Below, in pieces: positions 1 to 12,700 of a stretch of 64,000 nt of DNA. Position 1 is the stretch's first letter. Each line of letters starts with the position of its first letter. A program made the position numbers and the translations under genes. The stretch spans positions 5,086,001 to 5,150,000 of the forward strand of contig NC_087438.1 in the NCBI RefSeq assembly GCF_036321535.1, written 5' to 3'. The notes beneath the pieces are model-generated. The model did not search any database. It saw only the letters and a list, made by a program, of their open reading frames with translations, and was not told the DNA's origin. The DNA is from Camelus dromedarius. Lineage: Eukaryota.

Positions 1-1139
1 TTCTTTTGAGTTGGCTTCTGTTTCCTTCGGAGTCAATAAAAAGAGACTGTTTTAATCATATATGAATAATATGCTTGGATAAATGTGCTTATGTAATTGG
101 CTTTTGAAATGAAGTACAGCACTCACATTGGTACCTGTTCCCTCGGGTTTTTGGTTTTACCCCATTGTATGCACTGCCAGAATCCTTTTTAACCTTGATG
201 CTGTCATCACATCCCTGCTACTACTGCCCCTGGAGTTTGTGAAGATTCAGTCGGTGTCCACGGCGTTGCTGTGCAGACAGTGAAGAGAGCGGTCCTTCCG
301 TGCCGTGCACAGCGTGGTGAGCACTGTCCTGTGTGCCTTTGCCCTTTGAGCTGCCTCTTCCTCTCCTCCCGTTCTCCAGTTGAGGAGGGTGAGGCCCAGC
401 GGTTGTACAGTGTTCCCAGGGCCACAGAGCTCTTCATTCACGGGCGCTTGCTGGGGAGCAGAGATCTAGCCTTGCAGCTTGCAGCCGTCCTGTCGCACCC
501 CGTCCATTGCACGGATGGCCTTCTGCTGGGAGCACGAGCGGATAGACATGCAGCAAATGAGGAGTGGCCTGGGAAAGGAATGGGCTCAGTATGTACGCAT
601 CTCTAACATGGTAGATAAAGGAGAATTCTTCACCCGACCGACCCCCCCCCCCCCCAAAAAAAAAACTCCGAGGGAGGAAGGGATTTTATTAGGTTGAAGG
701 ACTTAGACTGTTTCATGGAGACGGTGCTTCGAAGGCAGGACGGGGCTCCCGAACAGGAGGACATCTGGTGGAGGAAGTAACAGCAGTGGCGACGCTGCAA
801 AGAGAAGCCAGCAGGATGAACACAGGGGGAGGGGTCCTGAGTTCTCCACCGAGGCTGCTGTGACTTGGGTCTTAGATGACACCGAGATGAATTTGCGTTT
901 CATTTGGTAGACACAGGGAAGCCACTGGAGGTTTCGGGTAAAGAAATGACATGTTTAGACAATTTCTTAGAAGTTCATTTTCTAAACTGTCCCCTAGTTT
1001 TGTTTTATTTTTCTGCCTGCTACTAATTACTTCCTGGAAACACCCTGCAGACTTTGCCATCGTGGCCTGTCTTCCGCCCCCTAGTGTAAGCCCTTTGAGT
1101 GCTGAGGCCAGGTCACAGCAGGCTTGCCACTTCCTTTGT

Positions 1140-2060
1140 TATTTTGAACTTTCTCTCTGGGAGCTATCCACTGCTGTGTAGACCATCCGACTCTCCTGCC
1201 GAGCCCCTCCCTCCTGCCATCCCTGAGAGGGGTCAGAAGCTGTCCTGGACCCTCCAGAACAGCCCAACCTCCATCTGAGTGTCATCACCTCCCCTCCAGC
1301 GGTGTCCTGTGGAGCAAAGGAACCTCCCAGTCTGTCCCTGCCCAGATTCATTACCCACAAAACTGAGATAAAACAGGCCACTCATGTCTGCAAGGCAGGG
1401 CTGGTTTGTTAAGCAGCCGTGGATAAGCGGAACGGAGGTCCGTTCCCTTCCGCAGGGCGAGGGTTGGAGTTGGGGTGAGGTGCCGTGCGCCCTACCTGAG
1501 GTGCCGTCGCTGATTTTATGCTGGACGTGGCTGAGTCACGGTGACCACGTCCAAAGGAAGCAGGAGGCTGTGAAGAGGAGGGGCTGGGTACAAGGAAGGG
1601 ATGGATTATTGAATTAACAACACCAGTTAGATCTAGAATCCGGGATCTCCCTTTGGACATCTAAGAAATATCCCCCAATTGAATCTCTAATCTTTCTTCC
1701 AAAAGGCACCTTCCTTCATAGAATCTTCATCTCACATACTGCCGGCCCTCTGTCTCCAGTCGCGCAGGTGAGGCCCGTGGGCGGCCTTCCTGCGGGTCTT
1801 TGCTCTCACACCCTGCACAGATGTTTCTTCAAGTAAGCAGGCTCCATGTTAAAGTGTATTCAGAATCCAACTACTTTGTGAGTCAAAGTCACCTTGTCCA
1901 GGCCATCAGCTTTACTTTCTCCTGTCCCCAAAGTCCTCCCGCGGGCATCCCTGAAGTGGCAGTGCATCCTTGTCTAACAGTCAGTGGTGCATGGGCACCA
2001 CAAGCTAGTGATACAGGCACTGCTGATACCATAAAAATTATGTTTGGGATGAAGTCTGAG
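1140..2060 (+). mobile_element. Degenerate L2 LINE fragments
   Basis: L2-like phrases (ggatctccctttggacatctaag; tctctaatctttcttccaaaag; cttgtccaggccatcagc); highly diverged, boundaries approximate. Confidence 0.45.
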
Positions 2061-2444
2061 AGAATGCCGACACCTGCGGTTTTCCGCATGGAAGCTACCC
2101 TGATCCTTTTTTATTAATGATTTTTCTTTTCATTGCGGTGTATCTTGCATGGGCGAAGTACATAAATGTTAGGATAACAGCTTAGCAGCTTAATGAAATT
2201 TCACATTTGTGTATATATAGATATAGAATATACCAATTCTGAATATTTTAGAAAAAGTCCTCTTTATTGTAGCTTGAAATGTATGTGCTGGGACTGGGTG
2301 ACCCAGGGAGTTTTCTTGATTCAAAGAGAGGATGTTACATCTGCATGGCTCTTATCTCATATTTAATGAAAGGAACCACCTAATTTTAAGTAAATTGTAC
2401 TCCATTGGAGGAAATCCTAACAAAGAAAAATCTATTGTCAAAGC

Positions 2445-2503
2445 AGATGGGGGAGGATAAATTGGGAATTCAGGATTTGTTGGCACTAACTACTATATGT
2501 AAA
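2445..2503 (+). mobile_element. Short fragment of artiodactyl-type L1 3' UTR
   Basis: gggggaggataaattgggaattcaggatttg...actactatatgtaaaa is the reverse complement of the motif in the L1 3' ends at 13690-14286 and 63684-63962 (tcccaaatttatcccttccc). Confidence 0.55.
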
Positions 2504-2899
2504 AGTGGTAGGTGCGAAGCGTGCAGGAAACTTTGGTGGTTGTACTGCCATGGACTGTCATGGAGATGGGTCATCACGTCGCCGTGGACTGGAGGGCCAT
2601 TCTGTCTGTGAGTGAAGCACATGCTAATTTGCCTTCAAAGGACTGGTTATGTTGAGTTTCTTTTTTCAGCCTTGAATCCTCTGTTTTCTGCCCCCAGGAA
2701 AGACTGCTGTGATTTGACAGTGTTTCCTGATAAGTGGATTTTGTTTCCACTGGAGAAGAAAAAAAAAAATCATTTATAGGAGTTTTCTAACAAAAATATG
2801 TTGAATTTCCAAAAGAACAGTTTTATTTTTATATTCCATTTGATTAAAAACTCCTCAAGACAACTGTCTTATTCATCTTTCTCTATAATCACTCGAGAG

Positions 2900-5730
2900 A
2901 GCTTATGATTAAATACATCGTTACGTTTCAGTTTCTTATGCCTTCTTCATAAATTAACTCTGTTATTATTATTATGTAATGTGCTTCTCTGTCCCTGGTA
3001 ATATTCCTTATTCTGAAGTATACTTTGCCTGACAAAACGTAGCCACTCCAGTTTATTTTAGTTAGAGTCATATGGTATGTCTTTTTCCATTTGTTTTACT
3101 TTGAGTTTCTCCGTGTCTTCATATTTCAGTTGGGTCTCTTGGAAGCAGTACAATGTTGGGTGTTCCTTTTTTATCCGATACGGCCATCTCTGCCTTTTCA
3201 TTGGCGGGTTAGCATGTTTACTTTGGTGTAAGTATTGATAAGACTAGATTAAAGATGTCTGTTGTGTTAGCTGTTTTCTGTTGGTTCCACCTGCCCTTTT
3301 GTCGTGTAAGATCTTTATCTGCCTGCTTTTTGCTGGATTATTTCTTATAATCTGTTTCTGTCTCTGACATCAGCTTATCATTTATACCTCTTACAGATTT
3401 TCAGCGTAGACTCTTCGTTGCAGTCTACTTTCAAACCGTATTATACCGCTTCACAAGAACTGACAGTACCTCTAACAGTGTGCGCCCAACTTCCCTCCCA
3501 GTTTTTGTGCTATTGTTGTCATTTATCTTATTTTTCCATATGCTATAAATCTGCAGTATATGGCTACTGGTTTTCCTTGATAAAATAAATTATACTTTAG
3601 AATGATATTTTTAACAAAGGAAATAATGTGCTTTACATTTAGCTTTCTTTTAATCATTTCTGGAGATTTTCATTTGTTTGTGTAGATCCAAGTTTCTGTA
3701 GTGTTGCCCTGCTGATAATGAATCCTCCAAGTTCTCATTTCTCTGAAGAAAAAAGGTCTTTATTTTTCCTTCACTTTGAGAGAGGTTTTCTCTGTATACA
3801 GACGCTGATTTGACCTTTTTTTTCTTTCCCCCTTTGAACATTTTGAAGGTGTCAATCTATTGTTTTCTATCTCTCATAGTTTCTAAGGAGGAGGTGGCTG
3901 TAATTCTTCACTTCGATTCCCTCTTTGGTTCCCCTGAAAGCCTTCAAAATTATCTCTTTGTTTTTGGATTTCAGCAGCTTGAAAATAATGAATAAGGTCT
4001 AGTAGGGTTGTTGTTGGGTTTTTTCCCATTCATCCTGAGGTCCTTGGAACTGTTTGATGTGTTTCATTATTTGTGGGGAAATCTTCAGCTGCTATTTCTT
4101 CTGTCGCAGCCTCTCTTCTCCACATGGGATTCTGATCACACATGTGTTACAGGCTGTTTGCTATTATTTCACAATGCTGAGATGTACTAGTCTTTTTTTT
4201 TCCTCTCTTCTCTTTTTGTTCAAGTTTGGTTAATTTCTATCAAGCCATCTTCACTTTCAATGAACCATAAAAATATGGAAGCAGAGATGAAGGAGGCCCT
4301 TCACAGCCTGTGACAATACTGTATTTCTAGCAGTCAACCCCACTCTGCTGCTCCTCACGTCTTCTCCCTTGCTGCTGGAGTTCTCTGTGTGTCCATGCAC
4401 GTGTTCACCTCTGCACTGGAGTGCCCCAATATGTCAGTTACGGATATTTTCAGTTTCCTTTCAGCATCGCATATGTATCTGGATTTCTAGCTTGCTTTGT
4501 CTCTTGTTGGTGCATTTTCCCTTACATTTTTGTGTATATAACTATACTTTTTGATTGAATGTGGGACTTTACAAGAAGAAGAGTAGAGATGGAGATAGGA
4601 TTTATGCCTGGAGATGGGCAGGCCTCTCCTTCAGTGAGGCCGCCAGTGTGCAGGGTGGAGTCAGGCTTGTCAGGAGCTGTGCCGGGTCTGGGCTTTGTCC
4701 GGCAAGCAACTTCACTGTGCCACTAACTTGTAGTTCTTCACCTTGCCCGTAGAGTGTGTTCTGGTTTGTGGTGGGTTTTTTCCAATGTTCTTCCTCTATT
4801 GTCAGCTTCGGGCCTTTCTTTTGTGTCCTGCCCCCCTGAGAGGGTCTCTCTTTCCAGTCCTGCCCTCCCCTCCCCCAGTAGCAGACCTGTCTTACTTGTC
4901 ACTTGGTACTTACAAGCCTAATGACAGGCACGGGAGGAGATGAGCTCTCTGCTGCACCGGATCTGCCTCAGTATCAGGCGGGCTCTGTGTCCGTGACTGA
5001 CAGGGGTCAGGGCTCTCAGTGGTCCTGCACCTCCCCAGAACGAGGGACTTCTTAGCATCTGGACCCAGATGTTTCCTGCCCCACCTCCCAGGGATAGAGG
5101 ACGCTTTTAAAAAATGTATTTGCTCTCCTCCTGGCCACAGTGGATCTTCACTTGTGCTCTGAGGGTGATAAGGTATGCTGCCTTTTCTCGGTGGCTTGGG
5201 ACTTTGGGTGTCAGGGGGAAGGGTCAGCTTGCATCATCTGCCTTCTGCAGTGGTGGCCTTTCTCTTCTTCTGAGCATGGACCATCGAAGGAGCCTTCTCC
5301 CAGCCTCCCAACTGGCTCTAATCTTTTCCAGGAGCACTTGGTGCACGCCCATGGGGAAGAGCTTGTGAAGGGGTGTGGAGTGCCCAGCGCTCTCTGGGTA
5401 TCTCAGCCCCCAGGGTTCCATCTTCTCACACTAGCCCACGCCCAGCCTTAGCAATCCAGGGAAAGTTTCAGCCAACATCTCCTCTCCTGCCCATGTGGGG
5501 TTCCTCTCTCCCATCTGTTCTAGCGCAGAGGAGTTAGGGCTCACCCCATCCGCCCCTCAGGGGCACCCATCTTCCCTGAGATTTCAGACTAGCTCATTGT
5601 TCTGTGATGTCAGCTCTGTGATAAATTGGAGAAAAGCTATGAGTTTTTGGTGATCCTGCTTTTTCGTAGTGATAGGCTGGGAACGATGCTCTTTACAGGT
5701 TGCGGCATTTTAAGCAGAAGTCAGAAGCTC
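2900..5730 (-). mobile_element. Ancient L1M (L1MD/L1ME-like) 5' portion: 5'UTR, ORF1 and start of ORF2, antisense, decayed
   Basis: T-rich plus strand with antisense-L1 motifs (tccctggtaatattccttattctgaagtatactttgcctgac...agccactccag), grading into GC-richer 5'UTR-like sequence at about 4560-5730; no open frame. Confidence 0.65.
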
Positions 5731-6369
5731 TTATTTACGTATCTTCATATCCTTTTCATTCATCCACTCGTGGAACAAGGCTTTATTGAGTGTGCACCAG
5801 GCCGGGCACAGAGCTGTGCGGGGAAGACACTGCAGACACCCAGGATGGACTCAGCTGTGCCTTCAGGGTCGTCCTAGCCAGTAAAGGAGATCATGCATAT
5901 AAAAAATGGAGAAATAATGAAGCAGAGGCAAACACTGGGAGTGCCCGCTTTGGAGCTCGGTGGGGCGCTGTTGTAGGGGCTGCAGACAAGTGTCTGATAC
6001 GGGGGTGGGTAGTGGGTGGTGGCCTCCTTGGAGAGGCTGAAACCTGAAGACTAAAGAGAAGCCAGACTTGTTAAAAGTTGTGGTTGTGGTGGTTTGGGGC
6101 AGGGATTTGGGGAGAACTTTCCAACAGATAGAATATCAGAGGGCCTGGGGCGGGGACTGCTACAGAGACTGACTAAACTGCCTTGAACCTGGAGAGGGAG
6201 GCCTCCTGAGCGAGGGGGAGACACAGGCAGTCCGGGTCCTGCTGGTTGCCGTGCAGGGATGCTGAGCTTGTGTGCTAAGTGCGTCGGGCAGTGGCTGGCG
6301 GATTGAGAAAGGACAGTGTCTCAGCCCAGGTCCTAGTGGGAGACAGATGGCATGCTCAGACGGGGGGCT

Positions 6370-6760
6370 GAGAGTCAATTAAGGAAGGTGGTGTTCACAA
6401 GATCTAGACAAGTTTAAAAGAAACCATCCCAGGCTGGGGAAGCCCCGAGGTTAGACCCAACAGGGAGCTGTTACCACCTGAGCCTGAAGTGGGAAGGAGG
6501 AGCCAGTAGCCCCAGGCTGGGGGAAGATGGGTTCTGGGAGAGTCCCCAAAGGTGTCGTGGCTTTTGCTGGAGGGACGCTGCCCTGCAGTGATTCAGTCAC
6601 GGAAGCCCTCTCCGCTCTTGCCTAAGCAGCTAACTGGTAAACCCCACTGGAGGCCAAAATGGAAAGGAGCCCATTAGCCCAGTTTTCAGATGTCAGCCTC
6701 TCAGGCGCAGGGCAGAGGGAAGAACAGACGTGGAAGGGAAAACGGGACGTATGCAGCACT
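6370..6760. mobile_element. Old MaLR (MLT1-type) LTR fragment
   Basis: Motifs gggagctgttaccacc and gtcagcctctcaggcgcagggcagaggg...ggaagggaaaacgggacgtatgcagcac resemble old MLT1 subfamilies as I recall them. Confidence 0.45.
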
Positions 6761-6952
6761 GAGAGAAATAGGAAATGAGTTCCTCTTTGGAGAGGTCACT
6801 CCACCAGTGGTCAGACAGCGGACAGGAGGGGCGGACGTGTGATGAGCAGTGAGCGCGGTGAGAGGCTCCTCCCAGCACTCAGGAGGAGAGGGGAGATGCT
6901 GGGTGGCCAGGCAGTGACCACGGGAAAGACTGATGGACGTGGGATATATTTT

Positions 6953-7103
6953 GGGGAGGAGGGTATAGCTCAAGTGGTAGAGCGCATGCTCAGCATGCAC
7001 AAGGTCCTGGGTTCAATCCCCAGCACCTCTTCTAAAAAAAAATAAATAAACCTAATTATCTCCCCTGCCCCGCCCCAATAACAACAACAACAACAAACAA
7101 ACA
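6953..7103 (+). mobile_element. tRNA-Ala-derived SINE (camelid vic-1-like)
   Basis: Head gggtatagctcaagtggtagagcgcatgctcagcatgcacaaggtcctgggttcaatccccagcacctc with Pol III A/B boxes, then an A-rich linker, aacctaattatctcccc and a (CAA)n tail. 17-bp TSD gacgtgggatatatttt (6936-6952) / gacataggatatatttt (7104-7120). Confidence 0.9.
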
Positions 7104-7194
7104 GACATAGGATATATTTTTAACTTAGAACAAACAGGACTTGTTGGGTAAGATGTGAAGGGTGAGGCAAAGTCAAGGATAATTCACAGGCTTT

Positions 7195-7364
7195 GTTTTT
7201 TTTTTTTTTTTAATTTATGTTTAGCTTTATTTTTTAAAGAAACATACTCTTTTTTGTGGCCATTTTTTATGGCTTTTGTTTTTTTTAATGGAGGTACTGG
7301 AGATTGAACCCAGGACCTTGTGCATGCTAAGCATGCGCTCTATGCCTGAGCTATACCCTCCCAC
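7195..7364 (-). mobile_element. tRNA-Ala-derived SINE (vic-1-like), antisense
   Basis: Reverse-complement head at about 7290-7362 (ggaggtactggagattgaacccaggacc...gagctataccctccc) with T-rich tail to the left. TSD ttcacaggcttt (7183-7194) / ttcgcaggcttt (7365-7376). Confidence 0.9.
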
Positions 7365-7566
7365 TTCGCAGGCTTTTTTAACAGGACAAAACCAGCACTT
7401 TTTTTTTTCTGAAATGGGAGCTGCTGTGGCAAGACCAAGCTGAGGGGAGGAATCCAGAGTGATGTTTTGGAGATTTTAAGTCTGAGGCAACTTTGGGGCT
7501 GCCAAGTGGATGTGTCAAGCAGGAAGTCATCCATCTTCTAATAAAACTGTCTTCTAATTGAAAAAG

Positions 7567-9728
7567 TCTTCTAAGATGGAAATAATGTCTCTAATGGGAA
7601 CGTATTTTTGAAGTCCACTGTCTTGACTTTACAACTCGATAGTCAGAGAGGATGTAGCCAGACATGAAAAGAATGGGAGAAAATATTTGCAAATCATCTA
7701 TCTGATAAGGGGTTAATATCCAAGACATGCAAGGAAGTCATACAATACAACAAAGAAAGAAATAAATTCAATTTAAAAATAAGCAGGGGAACTGAACTGA
7801 CATTTTCCCAAAGAAGGCGCATCTGCCAACAGGTACGTGAGAAGATGTTTGACGCCACTAGTCATCAGGGAAATGCACATCAAAACCACAGTACCACCTC
7901 ACATAAAAGGGTGTCGAGGAAGATGAGGGGAAAAGGGACCCTGGGTGCACTGTTGGTGGGAATGTATGTTGGTACAGCCACAATGGAAAACAGTATGGTA
8001 GTTTCTCAAAATACTAAAAATAGAACTACCATATGATCCAGCAGTCCTGCTTCTGGGTTCACATCCAAAGAAAATGAAATCAGGATCTCCAGGAGACATC
8101 TGCAGTCTCATGTTCATTGCAGCGTTATTCATAATTGCCAGAATATGGAAACAATTTAAATGTCTGTCTATGGATGAATGAATAAAGAAGATACAGTATA
8201 TAGAAGGGAATGTTATTGGCGATGAGAAAGGAGGAAATACTGCAGTTTATGATGACGTGGGTAGACCTTGAGGGCGTTATGCTGAGTGAGATAAGACAAA
8301 CGAAAAAGATAAACACTGTGTGATGTCACTGACATGTGGAGTCAAGAAAAGCCCAACTTACAGAAACAGAGAGTAGAAGGGTGGTTGCCAGGGGCTGGGG
8401 ATGAGTAGGCGGGAATTGGGATGAAGTTGGTTAAAAGGTACAAACTTCCAGTTATGAGATGTTACAGGTTATAAATTCTGGGGGTCTGATGTGCAGCCAC
8501 ATGATTATAGTCATCAGTACTGGGAAGTTGTTAAGAGAGTAGATCTTAAATGTTCTCACCACAAAAAAGACATGGTAGTTATGTGAGTGATGGAGGTGTT
8601 AACTACGGTGGTAGTTACTACGTAGACCACTATGGTGGTCATCATTTCACAATATATAAGTGTGTCAGATCAGTATATTGTGTATCTTTCATTTATGCAA
8701 TGTTATATGTCAGTTAAATCTCAATGAAGCTAAAAAAAGTCTGTCTTTTCTCTGACACCTAATAGTATTACTATCAGACCAGGAAATTTAAAAAATACTT
8801 CTTAAAAATCATCAAAGTTTAGCTCTGCAGATATTTCTCCAGATTCAGTTTATGTGGTAAAGCTTGTTCCACATTTAACAGGAGAGATCTGGGTGGGAAT
8901 AAAAGTGTATAAGGGTTTGGCCAGAAGAACTGGCCCACAGCCAAGCCATATGGACCCCTCACATCTTGACGTGGGGCGAGGGAGCAGGCAGGGAGGTGGG
9001 TGAGAAACAGAGGGGAGGTGTGAGGGGAAGGCAGAGGGTGTGAGGATGAGGGATGCTCAGCAGGGTCAGAGACTCATCGGGTACCCAGGCTGAACAGGAT
9101 GAAAATGTCATCCTATTCTGTTCCCTAAAAACCAGGCACTGGCTTCTTCTAAGGTCCCTTTCCTTTGGTGCCAGCAAGAGCTTTCTCAGCCTATTTTAAG
9201 TTGTTCGGCTGCTGGTGGATTTAGCTCTCCATGACCTACAGATGGCGCAGACCCCTGCAGGAGATCCCACACTCCCTGCAGCTCTTTCCCAGCGCTGGTG
9301 CTCTGGGTTGTCGACTCCAGATAAAGCATGCGCCAGATGGACGTCCAATGGCTTGTCTCCAGAAGTCTTTCATTCCAGAATTTTATTCCAGTAACTCTCT
9401 TTATTCCAAAATCTTAGACTTGCTCACGTTGATCTCCGAGGTGGAAGTTGAAGTCTTGTCTTCTAATATATAAGTAATGTGTCCAATGAGAACAGTTTTG
9501 GAAGTTTGCTGTCTTTACTTCTTTCTGAGCCAGCAGCGATACCAGAGAGGAAACAGACTGCAGAGCAGCATGAAAAGAAATATCACATCTTCCTTTTCTG
9601 TGACACCTAGAGGATCCCTATGAGTCCAGGAAATTGGGAAGTGCTTCTTGAAAACCATAAAATGTTAGCTCTGCACATAATTTCTGCAGACTCAAATTTC
9701 TCTGCTAACGCCTGTTTCTCGTTGAACA
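7567..9728 (+). repeat. Diverged direct duplication: copy 1 = 7567-7673 plus 8740-8880 (split by L1); copy 2 = 9459-9728
   Basis: Colinear similarity by eye, e.g. tcttctaagatggaaataatgtctctaatgggaac vs tcttctaatatataagtaatgtgtccaatgagaac; cttttctctgacaccta vs cttttctgtgacaccta; ttagctctgcagata vs ttagctctgcacata. Confidence 0.85.
7671..8738 (+). mobile_element. 5'-truncated L1 (L1MA/L1MB-like): end of ORF2, 3'UTR and A-tail
   Basis: gaatgggagaaaatatttgcaaatcat...; tagaactaccatatgatccagcag; ends atgtcagttaaatctcaatgaagctaaaaaaa. Confidence 0.9.
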
Positions 9729-12700
9729 TGACCTCTCTCGTGTCCGTCCCCACCTCCCTCCATGTCTCCTCTAGCAGGATAATGGGAAGTAAAAGCCAGA
9801 GATCTTTTCACAGTAGAGACTTTAATGTTTCCTCCAGTGACTGTGAAGAGAGGCAGGCCAAGTCAAGACGCATGGGCTATTGAATTATGTTTTTAAGATA
9901 CAGAAAAGTGATTTGCTGTCCTTAATCCCAGCCTAATTTCTCATATGACTTCACCGTCTGCCTCAGAGTATTGTCTGCCTGATTCTGGAACTGTCAGTTT
10001 TCAGGAAACAAATATCTGGAAACTTGCGTTTGTTTATATTCTGCTTGCTGCGTTTTTGGTGCTGAGTTGGGGTAATCTAGATTTAGGGGCTCTCTCGTCT
10101 GGTTCTCTGTCAGTTACACCATCGGATGGCCAAAACCTCTGTACCTGGCGCCAGAGACAGCACAGGCTGCTTGTAAAGGGGTGGGTGTTTTGTTCTCTGT
10201 AGAGAGCTTCTAAATACACGTATCTGATCTTCAGTTTATATGAGTTTCTGTGTTATAGGCAGGATACCTTGGCCGAAAGCATTGTTTGCAGCCTGGTCAG
10301 AGCTTGGACGCAGTCTGCAAACCTGAAACCTGTCTGTGTGAAGTTCACTGACCGGTACGGGGCCTAAACCTTCATCTTCACTGCATTATTGATCTGCTCT
10401 TAACCTCCAGGATTTAAATAGAGCGGCAAAAAGAAATTTAGTTTTATCGATTATATGCGTGCACTCTGGCCGGCACAGTTACTGTTTGGGAATGGACACA
10501 GCTATTAATTTACGGGAATTCAGTGTGCTTTATTTAGTCTTTTATCCTACATGGTGCCTGGGAGATTCTCTAATCTAGAAAGGATTTCATAACTAATTGA
10601 ATGAATGAATGAATGAATATAAAATCTTGGGTGATATAAGGTATGGTGGTGTGGTGTTCCTGTAACTTCATGTGCTTGCTTTCTCAGTGTCGCAAGCCCA
10701 GGATCTGCTCATCTTCTCCGAGGGGCAGGGATAACTTCCCGAGTATAACCTCGAAGCAGTTACAGCCTCCCAGTAAGGTTGTCTGGGGGGTGGGTTCACC
10801 GTCTGAGCAGTTGGGCTTTTTACCAGCCTCGTTTACTGATAATAAAATGATGAACAAGGATCCTCTTCCTACCAACATAGAAGGCTTTAAACAGACATGT
10901 AAGCTAATACTCACGTGGCCATCAACTAGCACCCACAGGCTGCGCTGATTGAGGAGATACGAATCCATGTAAAAGTACTGCTGCTCTTTCCATCAGTTTC
11001 CTGCCTACGTACTTCTTTGCATATGTGTTTGTGCTTCTACGAGTGTGTCTGTGTAATCTTAATAACCATAGAATATATTTGAACATACTGGGTGCTCAAA
11101 TATTTATTGAGTGAATGGTGTGTCTTTGCTGCTCAAAGAATGCTTATTGAACTGTTTGGGGAAGAAAATGGAAGCACATTTGATAAGGTACAACTGTCGT
11201 GTATCTAATCTTTTCTGTTAGGCCGATCTTTGAGGCAAACAAAGGCCCCTCTGTTTCTACAGGGTAATTGGCCCCAACACACTCTGATGTTTTTCTAAAG
11301 GGAGAGTTCCTGGCCTGAAACAGATTTCGTTCCGAAAGTATGTTTGTTTTTCACTGATGACACATTAGAGTAAACGAAAGGGCTGACAGATTTTGTATGA
11401 TGTGTTGGGAGTTGGAGGAAAACACTGAGCCTTCCATGTACCACAGCTGCACGCAGGGCATTTAATAACAGCCCGCCATCTACGAAGGGTGTAGATGTTT
11501 TAAATTGTAACTTGTTATTTTAGGGTGGTATTTATACTAGTAAAATGTTGCCTGAATTTATACTGAAGAAGATCTTATGGAATTCAGTAATTAAACTTGT
11601 AAATTCACTGTTTTTCATATTATATAATTTTCAGGGTTTGGATGACTTGGCAGAAACCATGCAGAAACTTAGCAGAAAGGATGATTAAATGTATGATGCG
11701 TGAGTGGTGGCAACCTTGGAACCTCAAGTAGGTTAATATATTATGCACTCGGCTCATGAATGTGTTTCACGCGTTCGTGCTTTTAGGGGACCAAATTCAG
11801 CATGATGCCATACAGAACAAAAGTATAACTTTTTAAAAAAGGGACACATTTGAAAGAGTGACAGATTTATAAATAAAGCCTGATGTCTCAGATATACTAT
11901 ATTGGCTCATTCTTTGTAGCTTACGTGCTGGGATCATGAGGTCCTTTAGTCCTTTACTCATGCATAAAAGAAAGTCCAGCTTTGACCGCAGGAGGTGTCT
12001 GATTCTAGCTGCAGCCTCCCAGCTTGGCGAGTCTGCTCCGTCAGTAAGGTCCGCCCTGTTTATTTCTAAGCTGTTGCGATCACTGTAGGAAGCTAGTTTT
12101 GAATGACGTTCTGAGAGTCATGATTTAGGGGCATGATTATGGCTCTCAGCCTGTGAAATGTGAATTTCCCCTTCTGATTTGGAAACAGTCTAAGACTTGA
12201 CTTTTCAGAAAGGGCTGATACAGTGGAAGGCTGTGACGACTGAAGAGTGGACAACTTACGGCGTCCCTCCGAGAACACGCTAGCTTTCCCGGAATTGAAG
12301 GCTGCGGTGCATTTCAAGAAAGATGCATTCCATCTTAGAAAGCACAGTTGCATTTTGTTTAAGTTATTATTAACCACGATACCAAAAACATTTCCTTTCA
12401 TGAATGTCATGCAAAATATAATAGTTTAAAACTCCTTTACCTTAAAGTGGTTCTGTCGCGCTCCCCACGTGACCACGGTTCGGATGTACGTGGACCCAGG
12501 GAGGCGGCACAGGGCTGGGGTGCCCAGTGGAAGGCGGCCACAAGCAGGCTTTTCAGATGCAGATGCCTCTGCAGGGGGGGCTGCTGCCTCCTGTACCTGC
12601 AGCTGCACCCAGGACCCACCTCTCCGCGTCCTCCTCTCCCTCCCGCTGCGGGTGGCCTCCTGATTCCCCTCTTCCACTCGGAATCCTGACGTACGTGCAG

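Larger units (their letters stand above)
5755..7530 (-). mobile_element. L2 LINE (antisense), interrupted by an LTR and two SINEs
   Basis: Starts with reverse-complement L2 tail ttcattcatcc...tttattgagtgtgcaccaggccgggcac; L2-like sequence resumes at 7120-7190 and 7430-7530 (gttttggagattttaagtctgagg...caagtggatgtgtcaagcagg). Confidence 0.6.

Noticed and set aside
642..666. C-run followed by A-run
   Set aside because: Simple homopolymers with no associated SINE head; low-complexity sequence whose length is prone to sequencing error.
1748..1773. Possible 8-nt microexon (ctctgtctccag|tcgcgcag|gtgagg)
   Set aside because: Frame-shifting length, lies in decayed L2 sequence, no supporting evidence.
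6959..7030. tRNA-Ala-like sequences (also about 7290-7362, 32860-32930, 60706-60778, 61940-62012) as tRNA genes
   Set aside because: They carry SINE tails, most have TSDs, and they have stem or anticodon-loop mutations; they are SINE heads, not tRNA genes.
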